Below, in pieces: positions 1-11,863 of a stretch of DNA of 64,000 nt. The stretch covers positions 76,136,001 to 76,200,000 of the forward strand of contig NC_043005.1 of the NCBI RefSeq assembly GCF_006345805.1. Reading direction: 5' to 3'. Position 1 is the stretch's first letter, and each line of letters starts with the position of its first letter. The translations under genes were made by a program, and so were the position numbers. This stretch comes from Octopus sinensis (taxonomy: Eukaryota). A model generated the notes under the pieces. The model was not told the DNA's origin, searched no databases, and saw only the letters and a program-made list of their open reading frames with translations.

Positions 1-80
1 TTTTACTATAGCCTCGGGCCGACCAAAGCTTTGTGAGTGGATTTGGTAGACAGAAACTGAAAGAAGTCCGTTGTATATAT
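1..80 (+). mobile_element. tRNA-derived SINE family B, 5' half, cut by the window edge
   Basis: TACTATAGCCTCGGGCCGACCAAAGC..GTGAGTGGATTTGGTAGAC.GAAACTGAAAGAAG matches the full copies at 9125 and 60225, then runs into (TA)n. Confidence 0.85.
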
Positions 81-220
81 GTGTATATATATATATATAT
101 GTATGTATGTATATGTATATATATATATATATATATACTATATATATATAATATATAATATATATATATATATAGCTATATATAATATAATATATATATA
201 TGTATATGTATATATATAAT

Positions 221-578
221 ATACGATTTAGATTCCTAACTACTCCCACATTTTGCGGTGCTGTTTAACCAAAACCGGGTATCTTATAGTCGTGATTCAT
301 ATCGAGCCCTTCTGGGTATTAGCGCGCGTCTACGATGAGTCTACGATTTAAAAAAAAAATTACCATCAATTTTTCCCATTTTTAATACATTTTTGGCATA
401 TATAAGTGAAGTAACTCTCTAAAAATTTATTATTAAATCTCAGAACGTAAAAAGCTACAGTAACACCCCGCCCTTTGTGGTTAGCCATATTGAGATGGCT
501 ATTATACTTTACATCTCTAAAAATGCTTATATAGTTATTTCCCTTACAAATCCGAGCAACGCCAGGCGATACTGCTAG
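221..578 (+). mobile_element. Non-autonomous Helitron, 5' tip lost
   Basis: Ends in hairpin CCGAGCAACGCCAGG, a spacer and CTAG (575-578) followed by T. It is the reverse complement of the element at 29060-29572 over most of its length. Confidence 0.75.
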
Positions 579-759
579 TATATATATATATATATATATA
601 CACAAAGAGCAATAAAGATTCAAGTTAATTTAAAAAATTACTTGAATATGGTACCTAACTTAGATGCACCAAAAAAAAACTATACTGATTTAACAATACG
701 TAATGTGGGGTGATTATAGCGAGAAGAAGCAACATTCTTGTGCTTCTTTCTCGCGTATA

Positions 760-837
760 TATATATATATATATATTATATATAGATATATATATCATAT
801 ATATATAATATATATTATATACACATATACTGCTAGT

Positions 838-882
<45 letters not shown>

Positions 883-1128
883 ACACACATATATATATAC
901 ACACACACATATATATGATATACTATATACACACACACACATATATATCTTATATATATTATATATACACCCATATATATATTATACACACAATATATAT
1001 ACATACTATAATCTATATATTATATATATATATATATATATACATACATATATATATACATATATATATACATATATATATATAGATATATACATATATA
1101 CATATATATATACATAATATATACAGAT

Positions 1129-1165
<37 letters not shown>
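760..1165. repeat. Compound (TA)n/(CA)n microsatellite field
   Basis: Direct reading; the ORFs at 703-1446 are its translations. Confidence 0.95.
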
Positions 1166-1168
<3 letters not shown>

Positions 1169-1290
1169 TTGTGTATCTTTCCCCCAACATTGCTTGACAA
1201 CCGATGGGTGTGTTTACGTCCCCGTAACTTAGCGGTTCGGCAAAAAAGACCGATAGAAAAAGTACTAGACTTCCAAAGAATAAGTCCTGT
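1165..1290 (+). mobile_element. SINE family B, 3' half fragment
   Basis: CCCCCAACATTGCTTGACAACCGATG..GTGTTTACGTCCCCGTAACTTAGCGGTTCGGCAAAA matches the 3' half of 9125-9535. Confidence 0.85.
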
Positions 1291-1299
1291 ATATATAAG

Positions 1300-1351
<52 letters not shown>

Positions 1352-1373
1352 TTTACTAGCCACAACGGGTATA

Positions 1374-1421
<48 letters not shown>

Positions 1422-2178
1422 GTACTATACGTACACACACACGCACACACTTATTAAAGCTGCAAAATCTTCACAAATTGTAACTCAGCGTTTCACTTTC
1501 CCGATGGTCGGTCTCATTGCTTGGACAAGTGACTTTTACGTGAGCCTCTGGCTATACACAAAGACTTAACTTGTTACAAGCAAGCTAACGTAGTAAACTG
1601 AATGCCAACCGTTTCATGTAATAACATGGTAAAATGAATGCTAACACATTCAGAAATAAAACATGACCGTGGAACTGATGAGGTTGCTACGTTGAATTCA
1701 ATTAATTCTTCCAAGGAAAAAAATATTAGATACCTACAATCGACAAACATAATATGCAGAGAGTGTTCATTCATATTTAATGCTATTTGGCCCATCTATA
1801 TATGATTTAACGTCACAGCTATTCGATATAAGTGAATTGAATGTGCGTTATCTCTCTATGTATAAACGGCAAAATGTCTGTCTGTGTGTGTGTCCTTTAT
1901 ACAAATCCACAATTTTTCAGTCAGAGGGCTCACACTTTCTATGGTCATTCAAAATCGTCAAGGGTGTTTGTGCACATCTTTACATTTCACCAGTCACCCC
2001 GCAAAGCTATTAAAAAATCAATAGAAGTGACATGTTTGTGAATTTTTTTATCCAAAACCCTATCAAAATGCCCGAAACTTGATACGCCAATTGAATGCCA
2101 GCTAGCTGTATGTGATTGGTCGGATATTTGGACAGTACTCGCGTGTATGTGCGCACGCACGCAGCTGTATATGTGTGC

Positions 2179-2219
2179 ACTAGCACTATGACCCGGCGTT
2201 GCCGGGTTATAGTGCTAGT
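2179..2219. repeat. 41-bp palindrome built from a Helitron 3' terminus
   Basis: ACTAGCACTATGACCCGGC-GTT-GCCGGGTTATAGTGCTAGT: 19-bp stem with one G:T pair and a 3-nt loop. Confidence 0.85.
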
Positions 2220-2221
2220 AT

Positions 2222-2963
2222 TATATTTAAACTGCTCACCTGTATTAAGCAATGTTGTGGAAATGTCCGAAAGAAGACGATCTTGAGTAGAAGCGGTCGA
2301 AATGGGGTTCCTTTGAAGGATCTCCGGAGTAACGTTATTTGACAAGGCGCATAGCTTGGAGATCAGGGAGTCTTTCCAAGCCGAGCCAGTACTTCTCTGC
2401 ACCGTGCAGTTACAGTTCCGGTACTGTGGACTTGTGGTTAGACTGTGACAAGGAAGAATCACCAGACGGATTCTTCAAACCGAACCAACTGGCAGGATAC
2501 CTAGGGATAGGCTAGGAATGAGATTGTTGGGTAATATCCATGTGGTGTATGCGGGAGATTTGAAGTAAAACACCTACCTTCTCTTCGTCGACGCGGACCT
2601 CCCCGGTAGTAACGCACCCTTCCACGTGGCCCGACCCGAACGCTAAAAATAGCAGCTGCTTTTCCCTTACCTTGTCGAAGCGCTCACACGTCCAGCACTC
2701 TCGGCTACCCCGATCGAAAAAGCCCAATCATCCCCTGCATGCGCGCGCGTCACTCCTGCGCCCTTTCCTCTTCCGGTCAGCTCCCCAGCTGCTGACGCCA
2801 TCCCACAATCCATAGTCTCAGTTGGTCAGACTTGAGAATCCAGCCGGAATGTGTAATGACGGTTGCTTCTGAGAGGACCCTGTGGAAGTGATGCCTGAAG
2901 AGTCTACCTCCACGACCCACCCAGGAATAGTGGTCAGTGAAAACGGATGGATGGATGGATGGA
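2222..2963 (+). mobile_element. RTE-clade (Rex3/Expander-like) LINE 3' fragment, split by a solo LTR
   Basis: Degenerate frame MSERRRS*VEAVEMGFL*RISGVTLFDKAHSLEIRESFQAEPVLL...RRILQTEPTGRIPRDRLGMRLLGNIH / SLSWSDLRIQPECVMTVASERTLWK*CLKSLPPRPTQE* matches the RTE C-terminus. Ends GAAAACGGATGGATGGATGGAT, an (ATGG)n tail. Confidence 0.85.
2541..2807 (-). mobile_element. Solo LTR, 267 bp
   Basis: Termini TGTGG...CCACA with a 5-bp TSD ATCCA (2536-2540, 2808-2812). Removing it restores the RTE frame (N-I-H-S-L-S-W). CpG-rich. Strand is tentative, based on splice-donor orientation. Confidence 0.8.
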
Positions 2964-3009
2964 TAATGCATAAAAGCAATACAATAGACAAAAACAACAA
3001 CAACAATAG

Positions 3010-3545
3010 TGGAGGCGTAATGGCCCAGTGGTTAGGGCAGCGGACTCGCGGTCGTAAGAACGCGGCTTCGATTCCCAGACCAGACATTATGAGTGTTTAT
3101 TGAGCAAAAACATCTAAGCCCCACGAGGCTTCGGCTGGGGTTGGGTGGTGAACCCCGCTGTACTCTTTCACCACAACTTTCTCTCACTCTTTCTTCCTAC
3201 TTTTGCCACAAAGTAGAGGAACCCTGGTGTAACTCTCTATGGTGTGGTAAACTTTCAGACACTAGTCTAGATTGCGAATCCTCTGTATCCCAGGATGGTT
3301 CAGCTCTCCACCCATTAAAAGCCACCGTTTACGGAATGAGGATAACAACGTAGCTTTCGCGCCCGTGCAACCGCCAGGCTATTGCGTGTGGTGGGTGGAT
3401 CTTCAAGTTGCCACACGCATTCTTGGTAGCTTAGAGTAGATTCGAATTAGAGATTATTTTTTGTGGCTAATGGCGTGAGTCCTGATTGGAAGAAGAAGAA
3501 GAAGAAGAAGAAGAAGAAGAAGAAGAAGAAGAAGAAGAAGAAGAC
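3010..3545 (+). mobile_element. SINE family C with ~290-bp alternative 3' module and (GAA)n tail
   Basis: Head GGAGGCGTAATGGCCCAGTGGTTAGGGCAGCGGACTCGCGG..TTCGATTCCC; the 3' module is shared with 61960-62250; (GAA)n at 3490-3543. Confidence 0.85.
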
Positions 3546-5734
3546 AAAAAACAACAACAACAGTAAATATAAAACCCACGGTGACGTGGAAGGTGTCTTT
3601 ACAGTAAAACTCCCCTCAAAACACTTTAGAGTTTTGCTGTTTTGTTTTGTGGTTTTTCATTTTATTATTTCTTTTAAGATTTTAGGAGACTAGAAATGGG
3701 TTGGAAACAAACATTTTGTGCTATATAAGTAAAAGTTGTTAGCATGTTGGTATAGAATAACTAAGCTAATCTTACAGGGTTACGAGTAACGATCAGCAAA
3801 CAAAAACATAAAATGTAGATATACTAAAAATGCCGTTGGTTGCTTGAGTGGTTGCTGTACAACAGCATTGCGAAAGTGGCGAGGATTAAATTATTCCTCG
3901 AATTTGACGAAGATAATGCGTTGGTTCTGTTATCTAGCATCACGCAGCTTGTGCAGCGTTGAAGAATAAAAATGGCGTCAGATGATATCTTGAGAATTTT
4001 CATACAAATTATTGATTTCTGACACAGCTGTAAGTCTTCAGATTTTATAACAAATGACAAATTAAATTGTGTGGCATATATGGCGCTTTCAAGGGCATAT
4101 GTACATCTAAGAGAATAACTAAACTACATGCGGGGATCAAAATCACAATTACAGATTCCAATCACGGAGAACTCCTCCATACGATGGACATATTAGGAAT
4201 ACAGTCTTAGATGTAAATGGACCTTCGTCGGTTTCGACGATTTGAACATAACTGCGTAGTCGACCGACCCATCTGTTCACTGAATTAGCGTGAAAGTGGC
4301 CGAGTATGTATTCCACAAACACGGACACTTTTGAAGTTATTCTCAAATAGAATCAACGAGACACAAAGTTAAATTGCTTTTTTAAAAAATTATCGGCACA
4401 ATTAACCCAAAGGGTTCCATATAGTTTCCATCTACGCAGCTTCACCTATAACGCTTGAGCCAACCCGGACTACTGATGAGAGACACTTGCTCAAAACGTC
4501 ACACAATGTGATCGAACCCGAAATCACATAATTGCGAAGCAAATTTCTCGAGAATTTGGGCATTGACTTGTCATATTGCATTAGCAAATATTCTGTAAAT
4601 CGAGTAAGGTAGTATGGGATGTTATGACTTTCATCCCTTTCCAAGAAACGTAAGATATATATATATATATATATATAAAACAATTAAGTTTCGACTGGAG
4701 ATTGAAACCACATTTATCTCATCTTCGGCAAGCCAAGATTCTGCCATTCGTTCTACACCATTCTTCACTTCTAATAATTTCGATCCCTTATTCTAAAACA
4801 ATATTAGAAATGTTGTTGATGTTCTTGTTGTTGTTGAGGTGGTGGTGGCGGTAGTGGTTGTTTAATTCCAGCTCAGTCATGACGGAGCAGTCTTATGATT
4901 AAAGATGTCCCATCGTTTTTTGGTATGTTCATAACTTGCTTTACCTAGTGTTTTCTTTTTGTAATTTATGATAAATGGCTGTGGTTTACCAGAAATTTTG
5001 CAAACCGTCTAGCGCCCACATAAACCCTTCAAAGAAATTGTATGATATTCATTTGCGCTTTTATATACACATCCGGAAGTTGTTGTTGACAAACAACAGC
5101 AGTAATTATATTCAGCTGAATACACGTCATTGATTGGTTGAAATTACCGAAATACAACTTTAACACGAAATAACTTCGTAAATATAAACTTTTCTCAAAA
5201 ACGCTAAGAGTAAAAGATGTTTTATATGACACATTCTACCAGTGTACGAAGTTTGAAAGTGTTTAGTTACAAAAAATTATATTCTAAATCTGCCGGTCAA
5301 AAGGTAAAGATCGCAAAGACATTCATGATATGAAAAAATCTTTAAGATGTCCAAATGATAGACACAGGAATCCAGGTTCGAATCGTATCCCCAGCATTGC
5401 GTAGTATTACATGAAGGGACATAAATACCAATGCGATCAGGTTCCACATGGGTGATATAGTCAATGAAAAGGAAGGCAAAAACAAACTTCCATTAATGTA
5501 GGCGTTGGCATGGCTGTATTTAAGAACCTCAATTTGCAAACATGTGGTTTCGGTTTCAGTTCCATTGCGTGGCACCTTGGCATGTGTCTTCTACTGTATT
5601 CCTGGGCTGACAAATGTAATGTGAGCAAATTTGGCGGGTAGACAAGAAACTGAGCGGAAGTTCGTTGTGCGTGCGTGTGTGTGTTGTATGCGTATATGTA
5701 TAAAACTTTTGGTGATACTTGGTCGATGAGGAAT

Positions 5735-7080
5735 TTGAGCTGAAATTTCATAACATTGAACAGCATGTTATTTTTGTTAGCCCATTTGTATATTTCATTC
5801 AAGTCTTTCTGCAGTTTTATGATGTCCTATGGGTTCCTAGCTGCCTGCGATACTTTTGTGTCGTCAGATTGGCTGACTGTTCCGCGGAGAGCATGTCTGA
5901 GAGGGCCAGCACAAATAGTAGTGGTCTCAGTACAGTTCCCTGTGGAACTCCGCTGAGAATTGGTGTCTCTTCAGAGTGAGCATCATTGGCTACAACTATC
6001 TGACTCCTGCCCTTCAGAACATCATTTAGCCACTCTCCCAATTTCCCCGTAATACCAAGGTTTCGCAGCTTGTAACATATCATGCCATGATCAACCTTGT
6101 CGAAGGCCTTGACAAAGTCGAGGTATATCACGTCTACAGTTGACTGGTTTAGCTGTTGCTTCAATACCCAGTCAAAGTGCTGTAGCAACTGTGTGAGGCT
6201 GCTCCTCCCTGGATGGAAGCCATGTTACGTTTTTGTGAGAAGGTTGTTTTCTTCTAGGAACGTGATCAGCCTTTCTCTGATAATGCGTTCCATTGTCTTG
6301 CTAACATGTGAGGTCAGAGAGATGGGCCTGTAGTTTTTAGCATCTGCTCTGCTCCCTCCTTTATGGACAGGACATATTATACCCTCTTTTAGCATGTTGG
6401 GAAGTTTACCACATGCAAGGAAACTTTGAAAGAGTATCTGCAGTGGCTTTGCAAGAGACTTTGTACATGTCTTTAAGAGAACAGCCGGCAGTCCATCTGG
6501 GCCTGTTGAGAGTTTGATCTCATCCCATCAACGGCCGATATTACATCTTCTTCTATTATGTTGGTGTAATCGATAGTTGCCCCTTTTCCGAAAGGTTTCG
6601 TTACATTGAAAAACTCCTCAGGCTTGTTTATTTGCATATTTTCCAGTGGAGAAGTGAAAACACTTCGGAATTGTTTATTTAGCGCTTCATTTATCTTCCC
6701 CGGATTTGCCGTTAGTGAGCCGTTTTTACCAAATAGCAGCCTTATCTTATAGCGTACTGAGGCAGACTCCTTTGCCAACATGCAGAAGGCTTTAGGATTT
6801 TCAAAAACCTACTGCCCAGGTTTCTCTTTCTTCTCTTTGTTTGTCATGAGAGATTCTATTTCAAAAAGTTCCTCTGTCAGGTGGGATTTCACACTGTCAT
6901 TAAGGTGTTTGCTTAAACGATTCAAGATCTTTATTCTCCGACGCATTAGTATTCTCCTGTTTCGGAGAATGATGTTTTTGTTTGTATTGGCTCTCTTCTC
7001 TGGGACGTATTTAATGCATATGGCTCGCATTATCAACATAAATTTATTGAGTTTCATATCTATGTCTTTCATAGACAGGC
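5735..7080 (-). mobile_element. CR1-group LINE fragment, region upstream of RT plus RT, frameshifted
   Basis: STVDVIYLDFVKAFDKVDHGMICYKL...GKLGEWLNDVLKGRSQIVVAN...SGVPQGTVLRPLLF and NEIYKWANKNNMLFNVMKFQL are CR1/L2-type RT motifs. Confidence 0.9.
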
Positions 7081-7084
7081 TTGT

Positions 7085-7258
7085 ATGTATATATGTTGTG
7101 TTGTATGTATGTATGTATGTATGTATGTATGTATGTATGTATGTATGTATGTATGTATGTATGTATGTATGTATATGTGTATGTATGCATGCATGAATGT
7201 ATGTATGTATGTATGTATGTATGTATGTATGTATGTATGTATGTATGTATGTATGTAT
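7085..7258. repeat. (ATGT)n microsatellite
   Basis: Direct reading. Confidence 0.95.
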
Positions 7259-7799
7259 ATGTTCTTTGTGTTACTTGTCCTGTTTTCAATTGTTTCTCTC
7301 TCGTTGTTTGTGTATTTAACTCGCTTGTTTCGTACTTCCGTTGTTTACAGTTGGTGATGTCCTGTACTCTTATATGCATATATATATATATATATATATA
7401 TATTATTATATATATTACATTACACACACACACATATATATATTGTGACTGATAAAGAAGACTCACCGTTATGGCCAAGCTTATCTTACAGTAAAGATGT
7501 TTCACAAATAAGAGTTTAGATAGAGAGATAGATAAATAGAAAGATAGATATATATGTAGGTAGGTATGTAGGTTGATAGTTATGTAGGTAAATAGGTAGA
7601 ACGAGGTTATCATTTCTATTCACCAAAAGCCATTCAATTCTGGAACAAGTGTTATTTTAACTATGTATAAATAAATATTTAAGTTCGCAATGGACAGATA
7701 CGTTACACCTATACGAGTGAGATGTAACTCAAGTAAAGTCATTGACAAATATTGTACGCGGCACATTCATGTTGATATAGTAAAATGGATGTAAACACG

Positions 7800-8310
7800 C
7801 CAGTGGAAACGTAACTATATAGGTTGGTTACCATGCCGCTTATGCAACCATCAAAACGATATACACTATTTCTTCTAATCTATGAGAAGTTACCCATTCC
7901 CGCAATGGCCAAATACGGCATAAGTGTCCAGAAATAAGCTGGTGAATCTCTGAATCCTGGCCAAATCCTAGTCACCACAATTGACTCGCCTGTGTTTGTC
8001 TTGGCGAAAGGTGTATTGTGAAAATGACCTGACACCTTTAGTGAGAAAGTACACGTGGTGTTGATAAGCGGTCTGCATGCAGAAATGGTTTTCTGGAAAA
8101 CGCTAGGAGAATGCTTTTGGTTGGTTTTTGACTGGACAGTGGTTCTCAGAAATATAGAAGGAACATCCTCTGGTACAACTGGTTTGTATCTGAAGACAGA
8201 ATACTTAACACCTTTCAGGTGTGCAACACGTGACACACCTCACCCTGTATAATTACCAAAAGGAGGTTGGTGTATTCGGTGAAGGTTCCTAGTGAAAGAA
8301 CATGAAGAAG
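7800..8310 (+). pseudogene. Decayed fragment of a widespread invertebrate repeat-borne ORF (NPGQ..DQP..KWP..GGLHIEM family; possibly DUF6589-like)
   Basis: With stops and shifts it reads VTI*VGYHAA..YEKLPIPAMAKYGISVQK*AGESLNPGQILVTTIDSPVFVLAKGVL*K*PDTFSEKVHVVLISGLHAEMVFWKTLGECF..W. This matches the remembered pattern ISWAAYHA..LFYEKA..PAMIKH..LNPGQIPV..DQPLFALAK.IQWKWP....VV..GGLHIEM...KTLG. Confidence 0.65.
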
Positions 8311-8399
8311 AATAGTGTCTTACTTTCTAATACTGGACCTGTTAAGCCATAATTATCATTCTCATCAGGGATCGCAGAGGGGAAACACACAACCCTCAG

Positions 8400-8441
<42 letters not shown>

Positions 8442-8617
8442 ACAATATCTGTTTCAACACACGACTTCACATAAAAAATCTTGCACAACAAATATTTAAA
8501 CGTACATTAAGTTTAATGTAAAAAAATAAATAACAATGAAGCAAAATAACACCCAAATATATAGTGCGAGTGTTTTTATTGGCTAAACTGGCAAAATGAC
8601 CATTCCGAAATATAACA

Positions 8618-8668
<51 letters not shown>

Positions 8669-8748
8669 TCACCTTAGATCACATGAACTATCTTTGGTAG
8701 TCACTTAACCACATCAAAGAGTTAAGGTTCTTGCTTGAAGCTATAAAG

Positions 8749-9057
8749 CAGCGGCTCTCAACCATTAAAAAGAAATCTATGGACCATTTTCATTACTATT
8801 TTATTCTGATGAACCTTCATTTGATGTTTAAAAAGTAGTTTGATAGATATTTCTTTCAAAATTCCTGTTTTGTTATTCACACATTAACTTGTAAAGCATT
8901 AGAGAAAGAAACCTAAATGTTTCTTGCAATAAATATCAATACATACATCTAGAGCAAAATGTTTTAGGGGCTCTTAAATTAGTATTGTGGATCTCCGATT
9001 CACTATTTTTTTGCATGAACCCACAAATCTTACATGGATCCTGGTTGAGAACCACTG
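8749..9057. mobile_element. hAT (Charlie/Buster-type) MITE, 309 bp
   Basis: 15-bp TIRs CAGCGGCTCTCAACC / GGTTGAGAACCACTG and a perfect 8-bp TSD CTATAAAG (8741-8748, 9058-9065) with TA at positions 4-5. Confidence 0.9.
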
Positions 9058-9124
9058 CTATAAAGAATCTTTTCTAAAAGGACCAACAAATTCTCGAAAC
9101 TCTCATTTAATCAATCCCATGTAC

Positions 9125-9535
9125 GCGCAGGAGTGGCTGTGTGGTAAGTAGCTTGCTTACCAACCACATGGTTCCGGATTCAGTCCCACTGTGCGGCCCC
9201 TTGAGTAGGTGTCTTCTACTATAGCCTCGGGCCGACCAAAGCCTTGTGAGTGGATTTGATAGACGGAAACTGAAAGAAGCCCGTCGTATATATGCATATA
9301 TATGTGTGTATGTGTGTGTGTGTGTGTATCTTTGTGTGTCTGTGTTTGTCCCTCCAACATCGCTTGACAACCGATGCTGGTGTGTTTACGTCCCCGTAAC
9401 TTAGCGGTTCGTCAAAAAGTGACCGATAGAATAAGTACTAGGTTACAAGGAATAAGTCATGGGGTCAATTTGCCAGACTAAAGGCGGTGATCCAGCATGG
9501 CCACAGTCAAATGACTTAAACAAGTAAAAGAGAAG
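9125..9535 (+). mobile_element. SINE family B, full length
   Basis: tRNA-like head GCGCAGGAGTGGCTGTGTGGTAAG..GGTTCCGGATTCAGTCCC, internal (TA/TG)n and tail TGACTTAAACAAGTAAAAGAG. Confidence 0.9.
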
Positions 9536-9825
9536 AAAATGATTATGAAATATTCGTGTCATAATTTCGACAGCGGATGCACTCGTGGCTAGAGATAGCC
9601 AGGTTACAAAAGCAGTTTGAGGAAGTATACCTTCTTGATGACAGAGGTCGCCAATAACGTCAGGTATCATAACCAGGTTTTATGAACACAGGAAATCTTT
9701 CAGGGACACCATTCGAAGAACGAGCAATCTCTACATGTAGTAACTTTCAATCACATAGATGCATTAGTAGCGTCTGCGAATTTTAGTCGATCGGATCGAC
9801 CCCGGTACTTATTCTGTGAAGCATG

Positions 9826-9911
9826 ACACTTATACTATCGGGCCCTTTGCCCCAGTCGCTAAGTTACGGGGATGTAAACACTAACACCGGGTGTCCAGCG
9901 GTGGTGAGGGA

Positions 9912-9998
<87 letters not shown>

Positions 9999-10345
9999 CT
10001 AGCTTCTTTCAGCTTCCGTTTACCAAATCCACTCACAAAGCTTTGGTCAGCCGAAAGCTATAGTAGAATGCACTTGCCCTAAGTGCCACACAGTGGGATT
10101 GAACCTGAAACCATGTGGTTGGGAAGCAAGCTTCTTACCACACAATTTTCTTTTATATTTATGCACACACACACACACACACACACACACGACTAGCTTC
10201 TTTCAGTTTCCGCCTACCAAATCCACTCACAAAGCTTTGGTTGGCCCAAGCTATAGTAGAACACACCTGCCCTAAGTGCCACACAGTGGGATTGAACCTG
10301 AAACCATGTGGTTGGGAAGCAAGCTTCTTACCACACAACCTTTCT
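9826..10345 (-). mobile_element. SINE family B with a tandem duplication of its ~190-bp 5' half
   Basis: CACACGACTAGCTTCTTTCAG...CTTCTTACCACACAA occurs at ~9990-10146 and again at ~10185-10340. Confidence 0.85.
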
Positions 10346-10373
10346 TTTATATATATGTACACACACATACACC

Positions 10374-10411
<38 letters not shown>

Positions 10412-10508
10412 CACACGCTGCACACGCGCAGATATATATTTATATATATGTAAATTTCTTAATTTCTTTTATTCTTTCAGCAGTTGAAGATTAAGTGGTA
10501 AAGTATAT

Positions 10509-11280
10509 ATTTCTTTACTACCCACAAGGGGTTAAACACAGAGGGGACGAACAAGGACAGACAAACGGATTAAGTCGATTATATCGACCCCAGTGCGTAA
10601 CTGGTACTTATTTAATCGACCCCGAAAGGATGAAAGGCAAAGTCGACCTCGGCGGAATTTGAACTCAGAACGTAGCGGAAGACGAAATACCAATTTCTTT
10701 ACTACCCACAAGGGGCTAAACACAGAGGGGACGAACAAGGACAGACAAACGGATTAAGTCGATTATATCGACCCCAGTGCGTAACTGGTACTTATTTAAT
10801 CGACCCCGAAAGGATGAAAGGCAAAGTCGACCTCGGCGGAATTTGAACTCAGAACGTAGCGGAAGACGAAATACCAATTTCTTTACTACCCACAAGGGGC
10901 TAAACACAGAGGGGACGAACAAGGACAGACAAACGGATTAAGTCGATTATATCGACCCCAGTGCGTAACTGGTACTTATTTAATCGACCCCGAAAGGATG
11001 AAAGGCAAAGTCGACCTCGGCGGAATTTGAACTCAGAACGTAGCGGAAGACGAAATACCAATTTCTTTACTACCCACAAGGGGCTAAACACAGAGGGGAC
11101 AAACAAGGATAGACAAACGGATTAAGTCGATTATATCGACCCCAATGCGTAACTGGTACTTATTTAATCGACCCCGAAAGGATGAAAGGCAAAGTCGACC
11201 TCGGCGGAATTTGAACTCAGAACGTAGCGGCAGACGAAATACCGCTAAGTATTTCACCCGGGGTGCTAACGTTTCTGCGG
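10509..11280 (-). repeat. Tandem array of SINE family A, 184-bp period, 4 units
   Basis: Units start at 10509, 10693, 10877 and 11061; only the last carries the rest of the tRNA head. Confidence 0.95.
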
Positions 11281-11771
11281 TAAAGTACAGCCATTGGAGT
11301 TGGTTGCAATCCACCTATTCGACTGAGTTCATAGTGCAGTACTTTCTCTTATATTTAGTTGATCATATCGAAATCAGTACTTCTTTTTTTTTTAAAATCT
11401 TGTATTATTCTATTAATATTCTCTGTTCGAACTGATATTTTACAAGATATAAGCAGTGTTAACCGTAAGTACACACACGCACTCGTATAACTATCAAATT
11501 AAGAGTTATCTCCCTTACATTTGTATACTTTTCTATATCGGTCAAGAGATTAAAAGTGCTGTTCAATAGTTAAAATGAGACACGCCTTTGATAATTATTT
11601 GGCCTACATATATTTGTATCTTATAGATAAGATAATGGAAGTCACTCTATTGTATTTTATTCAGGATGTCATCTTTGTTTGGCACTAGTTTCATTAATAG
11701 TTTGTGTCAATTAGCTTGGTTGCAAAGTTGAGCCAAAGCCCTTGCAGAGTTATTTACACACACACACACAC

Positions 11772-11813
<42 letters not shown>

Positions 11814-11828
11814 ACACACACACACATA

Positions 11829-11863
<35 letters not shown>

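Noticed and set aside
3975-4600. Possible minus-strand exons (EYLLMQYDKS..; AVSEINNLYENSQDII*)
   Set aside because: Weak donor, a competing plus-strand donor at the same site, and no recognisable homology.
7880-8236. 118-aa minus-strand ORF, and an upstream in-frame TGA as possible selenocysteine
   Set aside because: It is the antisense shadow of the plus-strand fossil ORF; no SECIS element was identified.
10532-11314. Three identical 68-aa ORFs suggesting a tandem gene array or CRISPR-like repeat
   Set aside because: They are a 184-bp tandem of a SINE with no unique spacers and no cas genes.
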